From positions 28,664-92,663 of the forward strand of contig NZ_JBOICA010000004.1 in assembly GCF_050739775.1 (NCBI RefSeq): a stretch of DNA of 64,000 bases, read 5' to 3'. Below, piece by piece: positions 1 through 9,984 of this stretch (positions are counted from its first letter, which is position 1; each line of letters opens with the position of its first letter). The notes under the pieces are model-generated. The model worked only from the letters and a program-made list of their open reading frames with translations, was not told where the DNA came from and made no database searches. The DNA is from Pseudomonas sp. Its GTDB lineage: Bacteria > Pseudomonadota > Gammaproteobacteria > Pseudomonadales > Pseudomonadaceae. Made by a program: the position numbers and the translations under genes.

Positions 1-501
1 CAGTGGCACCGAAATATGCACCGGCCGCGGCCGCTCACTGTCAAACACCGCATAGGCGCGGGCAATCAGTTCCGGCAAGTCCTCGGCACTCAAGGCCACG
101 GCGGAAAACGCCGTGATCGGCGCGGTCATGGCGCGCTGGTCCTGGGTCTCGTGCAGACAGCCCCAGCCCTTGCCCAGGCTTGCGGTGTGGTTGACGCTGG
201 AAATCACCAGCATCGGGATCGAGTCGGCGTACGCCTGGCCGATGGCAGTGGCGGCATTAGTTACGCCTGGGCCGGTGATGACGAAACACACGCCGGGCTT
301 GCCGCTGACCCGGGCATAGCCGTCAGCCATAAAGCCTGCGCCCTGCTCATGGCGGGTAAGGACGTGACGAATGCCGCTGCCGGGCAGGCCGCGGTACAAC
401 TCCAGGGTATGCACCCCGGGAATACCGAACACCGTGTCGACACCGTAGTTGGCCAACAGGCGAACCAGGGCCTGGCCGCCGGTCAATGGGCTGTTGTGCA
501 T
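1..501 (-). CDS. aruI: TPP-dependent decarboxylase, 5-guanidino-2-oxopentanoate decarboxylase-like (5' part; runs off window start)
   Basis: Not in the ORF track; translated by hand from ATG at 499-501: MHNSPLTGGQALVRLLANYGVDTVFGIPGVHTLELYRGL...TRHEQGAGFMADGYARVSGKPGVCFVITGPGVTN, a classic TPP-enzyme N-terminus. Gene order matches the P. aeruginosa aru locus. Confidence 0.8.
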   Translation of the reverse strand, partial: MHNSPLTGGQALVRLLANYGVDTVFGIPGVHTLELYRGLPGSGIRHVLTRHEQGAGFMADGYARVSGKPGVCFVITGPGVTNAATAIGQAYADSIPMLVISSVNHTASLGKGWGCLHETQDQRAMTAPITAFSAVALSAEDLPELIARAYAVFDSERPRPVHISVPL

Positions 502-511
502 GTTGTTCTCC

Positions 512-2611
512 TTACGCCTGGCCGAGGCGAATCAACGCATCGACCGCGGTGGTGCCCTGGGCACCGACCATTAATGGGTTCACATCCAGTTCCAGCAGTT
601 GCCCGGCGTTTTCGCAGGCGTAGTCGGCCACGGCGCGGATTGCCGCTACCAGTGCATCCAGATCAGCGTGCTCGCGACCACGGAAGCCCTGGAGCAGACT
701 GGCGCTACGCAGACCGAGTACGGCCGCGCGAATGGCACCGTCGGTGGTTGGCAATAGAAGGGTCTTGCTGTCCTTGAGCAGCTCGACGAGGATCCCGCCC
801 GCACCGATCAGCAGGGCCAGGCCGAAGTCGTTTTCACGCTTGATACCGACGATCAGCTCGGCCAGCGGCGCGCTGGCCATAGGTTCGAGCAGCACCTGCT
901 CGAACGGCACATGCGGCGCATAAGCGCCAATTCGTGCGCGCATCTGTTGCAGTGCACTGACCAGCGCTTGCGCGTCGCGCAGGTTGAGCGCCACGGCACC
1001 GGCTTCGGTCTTGTGCGGCAACTGCGCGCTCACGGCCTTGAGCACCAGTGGGTAGCCCACGGCCTCTGCGGCTTTGACTGCCTGATCAGCTGTGGTCAGC
1101 ACGCCTGCCGGAACAGGCAAGCCGAACGCCTTCAGTGCCTGTTTGGAGTCCCACTCATTGAGCAATTCGCTGTCACCTTGCAGCGCTTGTGGACACACCG
1201 GCACCAGCGCCGACTCGCCGAGGTCGAGCAAGGCCTGACGCCTGCTTTGGTAGGCGGCGATACGCCCCCAGGCCGCCAGCCCATCCTCAACCCCTTGCAG
1301 CGCCGCAATGCCATGGCCATGCAGGCGCTCGCGGGCACTGGCCGGGAGCAGTTCAGGGAAGGCCGAAGTGACAAAGCCGATCTTACCGTGGCGCTTGAGC
1401 GCGGCGCTGTACAGCTCAAGCAGCAGGTCGCACTCCTTGCGCTCGCCGGTATATTCGGCCGGATAGTCGAGCACCAGCATGGCCGCGTCGGCCTCGCTAC
1501 GCAGGGCGCTGTCGAGCATGCGCTCAAGCGCTGCACCGTCGCCCCAGATTGCCGTGGTGAAGTCCAGCGGGTTGACCAGGTTGGCGTAGGCCGGCAGTAC
1601 CTGGGCCAGCTCATCGACCTGACTGGCGTCGAGTTTGGGCAGGCTCAGGTCGTTGCGTTCGGCGTAATCGGCAATCAGCCCGGCGTCGCCACCGGAACAG
1701 GCCAGGGCAATCAGGCTGCGGCCCTTGGGCAGGTTGCCGCAGGCCACGGCCTTGAGGGTTTCGGCAAAGCTCACCGGACCGCTGACGCGGATCACTCCCA
1801 GGCGCTGGAACAGACTGTCGTAGAGCGCATCGGAACCGGACAGCGAGCTGGTATGACTCAGGGCCAGCTCGGCACCGATCTGCGACACCCCGGTTTTCAG
1901 GGCGATGATCGGGATGCCCTTCTCCAGCGCCTTGTGCGCCGCACGGGCAAAGCCAGGCACATTCTTCAGACCTTCAAGGTGCAGGCCGATGGCAGTCACC
2001 CGCGGTTCATCCAGCAGCACATCCATCAGCTCGGCGATGCCCAGCTGTGCCTGGTTGCCGACCGAGGCCATGTAGGCCACCGGTAAGGAGCGGTCGCTCA
2101 TCGACAGGTTGTAGGCGAAGTTGCCGCTCTGGGTCAGGATCGCTACGCCCTTCTCGACTGCCTTGCCGCCGTGCGCCACCGGCCACAACGCGCTGTTGTG
2201 CAGGTAATCGAGCAGGCCATAGCAATTGGGGCCGAGCAACGCCATGTTGCCGGCGGCGTTGAGCAGTTGCTGCTGCAGCGCCTGGCCTTCGGCGCCGGCT
2301 TCGGCAAAGCCCGAGGCATAGCAGATCGCCCCGCCGGTATCGATGGCGGCCAGTTCAGCGACGCAGGTGAGCGTCAGTTCGCGGTTGGTGGCGATGAATA
2401 CAGCGTCCGGGCCGCAGGGCAGCTCGTCGACACTGCGCACACAGGGAATACCATCGATGCTGTCGTGCTGTGGGTTAACCAGCCACATCTGGCCTTGATA
2501 ACCGCCTTCGGCACAGCGTTTGAACGCCCGCGCCATGCTGCGTCCACCGACAAAGGCCAGGTGGCGCGGCGCCAGCAGACGCTTGAGGTTGTCACGAATC
2601 GACTGCGACAT
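512..2611 (-). CDS. Acetate-CoA ligase family (NDP-forming acyl-CoA synthetase, fused CoA-binding and ATP-grasp domains)
   Basis: 699 aa; LLGPNCYG, TQSGN, SHTSSLSG, HKTEAGAV and ELDVNPL motifs. Confidence 0.9.
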   Translation of the reverse strand: MSQSIRDNLKRLLAPRHLAFVGGRSMARAFKRCAEGGYQGQMWLVNPQHDSIDGIPCVRSVDELPCGPDAVFIATNRELTLTCVAELAAIDTGGAICYASGFAEAGAEGQALQQQLLNAAGNMALLGPNCYGLLDYLHNSALWPVAHGGKAVEKGVAILTQSGNFAYNLSMSDRSLPVAYMASVGNQAQLGIAELMDVLLDEPRVTAIGLHLEGLKNVPGFARAAHKALEKGIPIIALKTGVSQIGAELALSHTSSLSGSDALYDSLFQRLGVIRVSGPVSFAETLKAVACGNLPKGRSLIALACSGGDAGLIADYAERNDLSLPKLDASQVDELAQVLPAYANLVNPLDFTTAIWGDGAALERMLDSALRSEADAAMLVLDYPAEYTGERKECDLLLELYSAALKRHGKIGFVTSAFPELLPASARERLHGHGIAALQGVEDGLAAWGRIAAYQSRRQALLDLGESALVPVCPQALQGDSELLNEWDSKQALKAFGLPVPAGVLTTADQAVKAAEAVGYPLVLKAVSAQLPHKTEAGAVALNLRDAQALVSALQQMRARIGAYAPHVPFEQVLLEPMASAPLAELIVGIKRENDFGLALLIGAGGILVELLKDSKTLLLPTTDGAIRAAVLGLRSASLLQGFRGREHADLDALVAAIRAVADYACENAGQLLELDVNPLMVGAQGTTAVDALIRLGQA

Positions 2612-2629
2612 AAGAGTTCTCCGACCCGA

Positions 2630-3790
2630 TCAACGCAACAGGGGACGCAACAGTTCGCGGGAAATAATGTGCCGCTGGATCTCCGAGGTACCCTCCCAGA
2701 TCCGCTCGATCCGCGCATTGCGCCAGATCCGCTCGACCGGGCCTTCATCCATCAGGCCCATGCCGCCGAAAATCTGCACGGCTTCGTCGGCGACCTTGCC
2801 CAGCACTTCGCTGGCAAACAGCTTGGCCATGCCGGCCTCGCCATCGGTCATGCTGCCCTGGTCCATCTTCCAGGCGGTGTGCAGGGTCAACAGCTCTGCG
2901 GCGCGGATCTGCGTGGCCATGTCGGCAAGCTTGAACGACACGCCCTGATAGGTGCCGATCGGCTGGCCGAACTGCTTGCGGTCCGCCGCCCATTGCAGCG
3001 ACATGTCCAGCGCCCGCTGGGCCTGGCCGACGCAGTTGGCGGCAACCATCACCCGCCCGGCGGTGAGCCAGGCGTTGGCCACTTCCCAGCCCTTGCCCAC
3101 TTCGCCCAGCACCTTGCTGGCCGGCACCCGGCAGTCGTCGAAGAACATCTCGTAGGTGTGATAACCGCGGTTGCTCACGCACTTGGGGCCGCGGCGGATA
3201 GTCATGCCGGGCGTGCCACGGTCGACCAGGAAGGCGGTTACCGCGTTGCGCTTGCGGCCGCTGTGCTCGTAGGTGTCGGTCACGGCGAAAACAATGGCGA
3301 AATCGGCGTGCCCGGCATGGCTGATGAAATGCTTGCTACCATTGAGGACAAAGTCATCACCTTCGCGCACCGCACGGGTCTTGATCGCATTGGCGTCGGA
3401 GCCTGCACCCGGCTCGGTCAAGGCAAAGCAGTCGACCTTCTCGCCCTGGATACACGGCAGCAGGTAGTCGTTGATCTGCTCATCCTTGCAGGCCATGAGA
3501 ATCTTCGAAGGACGCGCGACAAACACATGCACCGCCCAGGACACCTTGGATAGCTCACGTTCGATCAGCGCCTGGGACAGGTAATCGAGACCGCCACCGC
3601 CGACTTCCTCGGGCATGTTGAATGCATAAAAGCCTGCAGCGATGGCCTTGCCGCGAATCTGCGCAGCCAGTTCCGGCGACACCTCGTCGGCGCGGTCCAC
3701 GGCCTCCTCATGGGGCAGCAACTCTTTGGCGACAAAACTGCGTACCGCTTCCACCAACATTTCTTGTTCTTGGGTCAGTTGGAAATTCAT
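2630..3790 (-). CDS. Acyl-CoA dehydrogenase
   Basis: Start trimmed to MNFQLTQEQEML (3788-3790); FALTEPGAGSDA, NGSKHFIS, RKQFGQPIG, IWEGTSEIQR. Confidence 0.93.
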   Translation of the reverse strand: MNFQLTQEQEMLVEAVRSFVAKELLPHEEAVDRADEVSPELAAQIRGKAIAAGFYAFNMPEEVGGGGLDYLSQALIERELSKVSWAVHVFVARPSKILMACKDEQINDYLLPCIQGEKVDCFALTEPGAGSDANAIKTRAVREGDDFVLNGSKHFISHAGHADFAIVFAVTDTYEHSGRKRNAVTAFLVDRGTPGMTIRRGPKCVSNRGYHTYEMFFDDCRVPASKVLGEVGKGWEVANAWLTAGRVMVAANCVGQAQRALDMSLQWAADRKQFGQPIGTYQGVSFKLADMATQIRAAELLTLHTAWKMDQGSMTDGEAGMAKLFASEVLGKVADEAVQIFGGMGLMDEGPVERIWRNARIERIWEGTSEIQRHIISRELLRPLLR

Positions 3791-3821
3791 GGAATGTTCC
3801 TGAAGAAGGTCGTGTAAGTTT

Positions 3822-4613
3822 TTATTTGCCAACAAATTTTGCGGCGCGCTTTTCGACAGATGCACGCAAGGCTTCGGCGCCATCCTCGCTGCGTCCACAC
3901 AGCAACCCGGCGGCAAGCTCGGCCTGCAGTTGCTCGCCGAGGGTGCGCTGGGCGCCGTCACGGATCAGACGTTTGGTCTGGGCGAAGGCGAAGGTCGGGC
4001 CATTGGCCAGGCGCCCGGCCAGTTCCGCAGTGACGGCCAGCAACTGCTCATCGGCGCACACATCGCCCACCAGCCCGGCGGCCAGCGCACGCTCGGCGCC
4101 CCAGAGTTCATCGAGAAACAGCAGGCGCTTGGACTGTTCGCTGCCGATCAGCCGCGGCAGATGCCAGCTGGCACCGGCATCGGGGCTGTAGGCCATGCTG
4201 GTATAGCCCGCCTTGAACCGGGCCGACGCGCCTGCCACGCGCAAGTCGCAGCACAGGGTCAGGTCCATCCCGGCGCCGACGGCGGTACCGTTGATGGCGG
4301 CAATCGTCGGTTTGTCGAGGCTGTGCAGGCGTTGCATCAAGGCGTGGGCGGTCTCGGTCCAGCCATAGTTTTCCAGCGCGCCACGGGCCTCGGCTTCAGC
4401 CCATTCGGCCAGATCCGCCCCGGCACAGAAGCTACGCCCGCTGCCAGTCAGCACCACCACACGCACCGCGGGGTCGGCGTTACAGTCGTCGAGCAAGGCA
4501 TGGAGCTTCTTCAGGCTGGGGATGTCCAGAGCGTTGCGCTGCTCGGGACGGTTGAGGGTGATCCAGGCAACGCCGGCTTCGACTTTGCTCAGCAGTGACG
4601 GGGAAGTAGTCAT
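3822..4613 (-). CDS. Enoyl-CoA hydratase/isomerase family protein
   Basis: Start trimmed to MTTSPSLL; LNRPEQRNAL, FCAGADL, AINGTAVGAG. Confidence 0.9.
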   Translation of the reverse strand: MTTSPSLLSKVEAGVAWITLNRPEQRNALDIPSLKKLHALLDDCNADPAVRVVVLTGSGRSFCAGADLAEWAEAEARGALENYGWTETAHALMQRLHSLDKPTIAAINGTAVGAGMDLTLCCDLRVAGASARFKAGYTSMAYSPDAGASWHLPRLIGSEQSKRLLFLDELWGAERALAAGLVGDVCADEQLLAVTAELAGRLANGPTFAFAQTKRLIRDGAQRTLGEQLQAELAAGLLCGRSEDGAEALRASVEKRAAKFVGK

Positions 4614-4665
4614 GGGAGGCCTCGAATTATTGTGGTTGGCGTGAGGGGTAGGACTTGAGGCCATA

Positions 4666-4685
4666 CTAAACGACTGTTCAACAAG
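4666..4685. promoter_or_regulatory. Candidate TetR (BetI-like) operator upstream of the hydratase-dehydrogenase-ligase-aruI operon
   Basis: CTAAACGACTGTTCAACAAG; its last 17 bp match the site upstream of tetR (11448-11464) at 15/17. Confidence 0.55.
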
Positions 4686-4819
4686 GAGACAATCGGAGAT
4701 AAAAAGTGATGTAACAGATGAAGTTACCTATACATCTATTTGTTTTTATTGAAATTTAATGAACACACACATAGAACGAGCCGACTGCTGTTACAACTTC
4801 GCACAACTGGCCGCCCAGC

Positions 4820-5160
4820 CGCCGAAAGCAAGAGCGAAGCGAATTGTGCTTTTGATCTTGATCTGCTTTTGATCTTGATCCACCTGCCCCGTTAACCAGT
4901 AGGGCTGAGTGGAGGTGTCGTGAAGGGGCTAGCGCGTAGCGCCTTCGGCGTAGCCGAAGTTGCGAAGCGTAGAGTTGCTTGCAACTCGTAGCTCGCAATG
5001 CCCGTAGCGACACCGGAAGGAGGGGACCCGAAGCGCAGCGTAGGGCCCCTGGTGGGGCGAGAATTTTGCTTACTTTTTTTCGACTGAAAAAGTAAGCCGC
5101 CGTAAGGGCGGAAAGGTGACTCAGCGCCACATTGGCAAATGGATATGTCCACAAACCGGA
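4820..5160. repeat. About 340 bp structured intergenic repeat/MITE-like element of the type common in Pseudomonas (R200-like)
   Basis: Perfect 17-bp tandem TGCTTTTGATCTTGATC x2 (4847-4880); hairpins GAGTTGC-TT-GCAACTC, CTTACTTTTT...AAAAAGTAAG (5069-5096) and CCGCC-GTAAG-GGCGG (5097-5111). Ends resemble a Pseudomonas repeat I recall; boundaries approximate. Confidence 0.6.
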
Positions 5161-5162
5161 GG

Positions 5163-5190
5163 GCCTCATCGCGGGACAAGCCCGCTCTCA
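5163..5190. repeat. Single degenerate REP (ATCGCGGGACAAGCCCGCTC type)
   Basis: GCCTCATCGCGGGACAAGCCCGCTCTCA resembles the Pseudomonas REP ATCGCGGGGCAAGCCCGCTCCCACA. Confidence 0.7.
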
Positions 5191-5218
5191 CCTCAGATTC
5201 TATGCCTACCTCAAGACA

Positions 5219-5305
5219 CAAGCGGGTTTATCCGCGAAGGGGCGCAGCGCGGCCCAGAAGATGGGACCGCTGCGCAGTCCTTCGCGGATGAATCCGCTCC
5301 CACAA
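5219..5305. repeat. REPIN (inverted REP doublet), left arm decayed
   Basis: AGCGGGTTTATCCGCGAAG ... CTTCGCGGATGAATCCGCTCCCACAA; the 45 bp at 5261-5305 match 19727-19771 with one mismatch. Confidence 0.85.
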
Positions 5306-5311
5306 GATAGT

Positions 5312-5340
5312 CGCTCCCGCCGGGCCTGGGTGGGAGCGGG
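5312..5340 (-). terminator. Probable hairpin terminator after the permease gene
   Basis: GC-rich stem CGCTCCCGCC / GGTGGGAGCG a few bases beyond the permease stop at 5346; U-tract is weak. Confidence 0.45.
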
Positions 5341-5345
5341 ATGCG

Positions 5346-6749
5346 TTAAACCGACGGGGCCAACACCACCTGCCGTTTGCGATTGATGATGAAGTACGCC
5401 GCATAACACACTGCAATAAAACCAAAACCCCAGTACAACGAAGGCCGCTGTGTCTCATCCAACGCCAGGAACACAAACAGAGAGCTGCACAGAGTGATGC
5501 ACAACAGCGGTACCAGCGGATACAACGGCGCCCGGTACTTGAGCTCGCTCAGCTTGCCGCCTTCGCGCAGAAACGCCTTGCGGAAGCGGTACTGTGCCAG
5601 GGCAATCACAATCCAGGTCACCGTCCCGGACATCCCGCTCACCGCCATCAACACCATGAACAGCGTGTCGGCAGCAACGAAGCTGGTCATCAACGACACC
5701 AGGGCAAAGCACAGGGTGATGCTCAGCGCCCGCAGCGGCACACCACGCTTGCTCAATGGCGACAGGCTCTTGGGCGCCATGCCGGTCTTGGACATCGCCC
5801 AGAGAATCCGCGTCGAGGCATACAGCCCGGAGTTGCCCACCGACAGAATCGCCGTGAGGATGACAAAGTTCATCAGGTCCGCCGCATAGGGAATGCCGAC
5901 CATGTCGAACACCTGCACGAACGGGCTTTCCATCAAACCGGCCTGCTGCCACGGGACGATGGCCGAGAGCACCACGATCGCCAACACGTAGAAGATCAGC
6001 ACGCGGAACACCACGTTGCGCACCGCGCGCGGGATGCTCTTTTCCGGCTGGTCGGTTTCACCCGCCGCCACACCCATGATCTCGCAACCCTGGAAGGCAT
6101 AGACCACGGTCATCATCACCGCGAACACCGCCGACAAGCCGTTGGGGAACAGCGAATCGCCAATCAGGTTGCTCATCATCGGCGCCGGCGCGCCACTGGA
6201 AAGCGGGATGGCACCGAAGATCACCAGCACGCCAACAATGATGAAACCGAGGATCGCCGCCACCTTGATCCCCGAAAACCAGTACTCGGCCTCACCAAAG
6301 GCACGGGTGGCCAGGGCGTTGAGGCCGAACAGCACCACCACGAACAACGCCGACCAATACCAGATCGGCACCTCGGGGAACCAGCGCACCATCAGCATGC
6401 CCGCCGCGGTGAATTCCAGGCCGACGGTGGTGGCCCAGCTCATCCAGTACACCCAGCCGATCATGAAGCCGGTGGCCGGACCGATGTACTTGGTGGCATG
6501 GGCCTGGAACGAGCCGGATACCGGCATCTGCACCGACAGCTCGCCCAGGCAGACCATCACCAGGTACATCAGGAAACCTGCCACCAGGTAGGCCAGGATC
6601 GCACCCACCGGCCCGCCCTGATTGATGGTCACCCCCGAGCCCATGAACAACCCGGTGCCGATCACGCCACCCAGTGACAGCATGAAAATATGCCGGCTCT
6701 TCAAGGCGCGAGTGAGATGAATACCTTTACGGTCGATAGATTCGCTCAT
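5346..6749 (-). CDS. APC-family amino acid permease (MmuP/RocE/LysP-like)
   Basis: 467 aa, about 12 TM; RHIFMLSLGGVIGTGLF, CLGEL, FGEAEYWF, AFQGCE. Confidence 0.92.
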   Translation of the reverse strand: MSESIDRKGIHLTRALKSRHIFMLSLGGVIGTGLFMGSGVTINQGGPVGAILAYLVAGFLMYLVMVCLGELSVQMPVSGSFQAHATKYIGPATGFMIGWVYWMSWATTVGLEFTAAGMLMVRWFPEVPIWYWSALFVVVLFGLNALATRAFGEAEYWFSGIKVAAILGFIIVGVLVIFGAIPLSSGAPAPMMSNLIGDSLFPNGLSAVFAVMMTVVYAFQGCEIMGVAAGETDQPEKSIPRAVRNVVFRVLIFYVLAIVVLSAIVPWQQAGLMESPFVQVFDMVGIPYAADLMNFVILTAILSVGNSGLYASTRILWAMSKTGMAPKSLSPLSKRGVPLRALSITLCFALVSLMTSFVAADTLFMVLMAVSGMSGTVTWIVIALAQYRFRKAFLREGGKLSELKYRAPLYPLVPLLCITLCSSLFVFLALDETQRPSLYWGFGFIAVCYAAYFIINRKRQVVLAPSV

Positions 6750-6953
6750 GTCGGCACCTCAACAGTGGCGCAGGGGCGAAAGGGACAGGCGATAACGCGG
6801 GGACGGATCAGCTTTACGGCAGTTCATTATTATTATCTCCAATAAGCTTCGAAGACCGCGTGCAGTGCGGTTAGCGTTGATTATTGGAAAGCGATGTAAG
6901 GTGCAGTTGTACGTAAAGATCGAAGATGTAAAAAGTCGTAAGATTTTTGTACA

Positions 6954-9209
6954 TCAGTGCTGGAGCAAGCGCTCCAGTGTCTGCTGCGCCCGCTGCATCT
7001 GCACCTGTAGAGGCCCTTGCAAGCCGTCGATGGCGGTCATGTCACGCGCCATCGCGGCCTCCTCCAGGGCCCGCAACACTCGGGCCAGGCCACAGAAGCC
7101 GAGGGAGTCACTGCTGCCGGCCAGGCGATGGGCCAGATGGACAATTTCGGTGTAATCGCGCGCCTGCAGTGCCTCGCTCAAGGCGCTGCGGTGCTGGACA
7201 ATCAGCGCCTGCAGCACCGCGAGCAATCCTTGCAGTTTCTGCTCACCCAGTAACTGGCGATGGGTCTGCAGCAGCGCCTGGTCAAGATCCAGGTCTTGCG
7301 CGCACGCCTCAGGCAGCGGCCCTTCTGCGGCCAAGGCCTGGCGCAGACTTTCCAGCTTCAAGGGCTTGGCCAGCACCCCGTGCATACCCGCCTCGAGAAA
7401 ACCTTGCACCAATGCTGGCTGGACACTGGCGGTCAGCGCCAGGATCCGCGCATGACGGTTCGGTCCAGGGCTGTTGCGAATCTGCCGGCACAGCTCGACG
7501 CCGCTGATGCCTGGCAAATGCACATCGAGCAGGATCAGGTCGAAACGCCGCTGACTACACAGCGCCATGCCCTGCTCAGCCTCCTCGGCCAGCCAGACCC
7601 GGTGACCATCGCGTTTGAGCAGGCCGTGCACCACCTCGCGATTCAACGCCACATCCTCGACCACGAGGATATCCAGGGCGGCGACCACCTGTGTCGGCGC
7701 CAGCGCCAGGGGCTGCTGCTGCCCGGATGCCAGGCTCAGTTCGAACCAGAAACAGCTGCCCTGCCCCTCGACACTGTGCAGACCAATACGTCCTCCCAAC
7801 TGCTCCACCAGGTGTTTGCTGATTGCAAGCCCCAGACCCGTCCCCCCATAACGCCGCGCCACGACTTCGCTGGCCTGGGTGAAGCGGTCGAATATTTTCG
7901 CCTGCACCGCCTCGGCGATACCGATGCCGTTATCGGTGACACTCACCCGCACCTGCTGCTGGCCGTTCTGCTCGCCCAGCACCTGGACCTGGACACTGAC
8001 CTGCCCGCCTTCGGTGAACTTGATTGCATTGGCCAGCAGGTTGCTCAGCACCTGGCGCAGGAACTGCTCGGCACCCTGCTGACGCTCGGCCAGTTGCGGA
8101 TCGATGTGGCACTCCAGGGTGCTGCCGGTGGCCAAGGCCTTGGGCTCAAGCAGGGCGATGACTTCGTCGCACAGTTGGCGCAGGGAGAAATCCACAGACT
8201 CGGGATGAGTCTCGCCTTCTTCCAGGCGGGCGAAGTACAGCACTTCGTTGAGGATGCTCAGCAGCCCCTCACCGGCCTTGTATAAGGCCTCCAGACGTTT
8301 GCTGTCCTGCGCCTGGAGCCCGGCACCGCGCAGCAGTTCGGCCATGCCGAGAATGCCATTGAGCGGCGTGCGCAGTTCATGGCTCATGGTTGCCAGGAAA
8401 CGGGATTTGGCCAGGTTCGCCGCTTCCGCCTCATCTTTGGCGCGCATGAGGCTGGCGGTACGTCGCTCGACCATTTTTTGCAGTTCGTCGCGCTTGTCCT
8501 GCAAGGCCAGGCGGTCCACTTCGCGCCGCTCGATATCGCTGAGGATCGCTCGGCGCATGTCGTCCAGGGCATGGGCCACAGTGTCGATTTCGTCGAAACG
8601 GGCGCAGCGGCGCTTGTCCAGGCGCAGCGGTTCCTGCCAGTCACCGGCAGCGATGCGCCGGGCGAACTCGGCCATGACCTGCAGATGGCGGGTCACCAGG
8701 CGATAGAACAAACCCGACAAAGCCACCGCCAGGCCACAAAGGAATACGCTCATCCACAACAGGCTGGTCAACCCGGTGGCGAACAGACGCCGATGCACGG
8801 CGCCCAGGTCGATGCTCACTTCAAGCTCACCCAGATGCCGCAACGGCCCCGACGGCGGCTGGAAGTCCAGGGCAAAGCGCTCAATGCGCAGCGGTCCCGG
8901 CGGATTGGCTTGGCCCTGCAACAGGTTGAAATCGGCGCTGCTCAGGCGCACCCGAGCCACATCGGAAAAATCCACCAGGCCACGCAGTTGCACGCTGATC
9001 TGCTCCTGGTTGAGGTCCCAGAGGCTGCGCTCAAGGCTGGCCAGGTAGCCAACGCGGATCAGTGCCATACGCGCATCGATATCACGCATTTCCCGGCGGT
9101 ACTCGAAATACAGCTGCACGGTACTGGCCAGCACCGTGAAGCACAGGCTGAACAACAGGATGAACAGCAACAGGCGGCGCAACAGGCCATCCGCATGCAG
9201 GCGGATCAT
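6954..9209 (-). CDS. aruS: Hybrid sensor histidine kinase (TM-HAMP-HisKA-HATPase-REC-HPt), AruS-like
   Basis: SHELRTPLNG, NLLANAIKFT, GGTGLGL, receiver LLDVHLPG, HPt AHRLAGSS; position as in the aru locus. Confidence 0.75.
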   Translation of the reverse strand: MIRLHADGLLRRLLLFILLFSLCFTVLASTVQLYFEYRREMRDIDARMALIRVGYLASLERSLWDLNQEQISVQLRGLVDFSDVARVRLSSADFNLLQGQANPPGPLRIERFALDFQPPSGPLRHLGELEVSIDLGAVHRRLFATGLTSLLWMSVFLCGLAVALSGLFYRLVTRHLQVMAEFARRIAAGDWQEPLRLDKRRCARFDEIDTVAHALDDMRRAILSDIERREVDRLALQDKRDELQKMVERRTASLMRAKDEAEAANLAKSRFLATMSHELRTPLNGILGMAELLRGAGLQAQDSKRLEALYKAGEGLLSILNEVLYFARLEEGETHPESVDFSLRQLCDEVIALLEPKALATGSTLECHIDPQLAERQQGAEQFLRQVLSNLLANAIKFTEGGQVSVQVQVLGEQNGQQQVRVSVTDNGIGIAEAVQAKIFDRFTQASEVVARRYGGTGLGLAISKHLVEQLGGRIGLHSVEGQGSCFWFELSLASGQQQPLALAPTQVVAALDILVVEDVALNREVVHGLLKRDGHRVWLAEEAEQGMALCSQRRFDLILLDVHLPGISGVELCRQIRNSPGPNRHARILALTASVQPALVQGFLEAGMHGVLAKPLKLESLRQALAAEGPLPEACAQDLDLDQALLQTHRQLLGEQKLQGLLAVLQALIVQHRSALSEALQARDYTEIVHLAHRLAGSSDSLGFCGLARVLRALEEAAMARDMTAIDGLQGPLQVQMQRAQQTLERLLQH

Positions 9210-9979
9210 CGTGCGTCTGCCGGCAGGTTGGTCATGTCGCGGTAGGTCACTTCGCTCTGCTGCAGCCAGCGTTCGATCTCGCCAGAATCCGTCATGCGCT
9301 GCAGCTGCTCATCAATTTTCGCCATGTGCTGACTCAACTCGGATTGGCGCGAGACGGCGACGCGCAGGTAATCGACGCTAAGGGCCGCAGGCAACGCCTG
9401 GATATCCTCGGCACCGGGCAGGTGTTCGATGAACAGCTGGCCGGTGCGCCGCTCCTGAATGACGAAGTCGATGCGCCCGAGAATCAGCTTGCCGAAGTTC
9501 TGCTGGCTGGATGACACCCACTCGATATTCTGGTGTTTGGCAACAAACTGGTCGAACTCAGGACCGTAGCTTTCGCCAAACAACAGGCCACCACGATAGC
9601 CGGCCAGATCTTGCAGGCGTTCGAATTTCACTGGCCGCTGGCGGTTGACGAACACCGCCACCTCTTCGCGCAACACCGGCACCGTGGAAAAACGCATGCC
9701 CTGGTCGCGCTGGTCACTGTTGTAGGCCAATACCACATCCACTCGGCCTTCAGCAGCGTCCAGCAGGCAGCGTTTCCAGTTGCCCAGCACGACCATCTCG
9801 ACCTCGTAGCCCAGGCGCCCGAACAACTCGCGCACCACGGTCGGCGCCAGGCCGCGCACTTGCTTGCCGTCGCTCCAGGACACTGGCGGGTACACCGGAT
9901 AGTCGCAATAGCGGATGCGCTCGCCGGCCTGCAGCAGCGGGGCCAGCAACAGCACTACCAGGCCCAGCCACCGCGCCAT
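9206..9979 (-). CDS. Periplasmic substrate-binding protein (family 3), translationally coupled to the kinase
   Basis: Signal peptide; YPPVSW...G...GL, NWKRCL, GRVDVV. ATGA overlap with the kinase start at 9206-9209. Confidence 0.85.
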   Translation of the reverse strand: MARWLGLVVLLLAPLLQAGERIRYCDYPVYPPVSWSDGKQVRGLAPTVVRELFGRLGYEVEMVVLGNWKRCLLDAAEGRVDVVLAYNSDQRDQGMRFSTVPVLREEVAVFVNRQRPVKFERLQDLAGYRGGLLFGESYGPEFDQFVAKHQNIEWVSSSQQNFGKLILGRIDFVIQERRTGQLFIEHLPGAEDIQALPAALSVDYLRVAVSRQSELSQHMAKIDEQLQRMTDSGEIERWLQQSEVTYRDMTNLPADAR

Positions 9980-9984
9980 GGCGA

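Noticed and set aside
4847-4880. CRISPR-like repeat
   Set aside because: Only two adjacent 17-bp copies, no spacers and no cas genes.
9206-9209. Frameshift splitting one SBP-kinase gene
   Set aside because: Clean ATGA overlap, and the kinase has its own N-terminal TM segment; consistent with two real genes.
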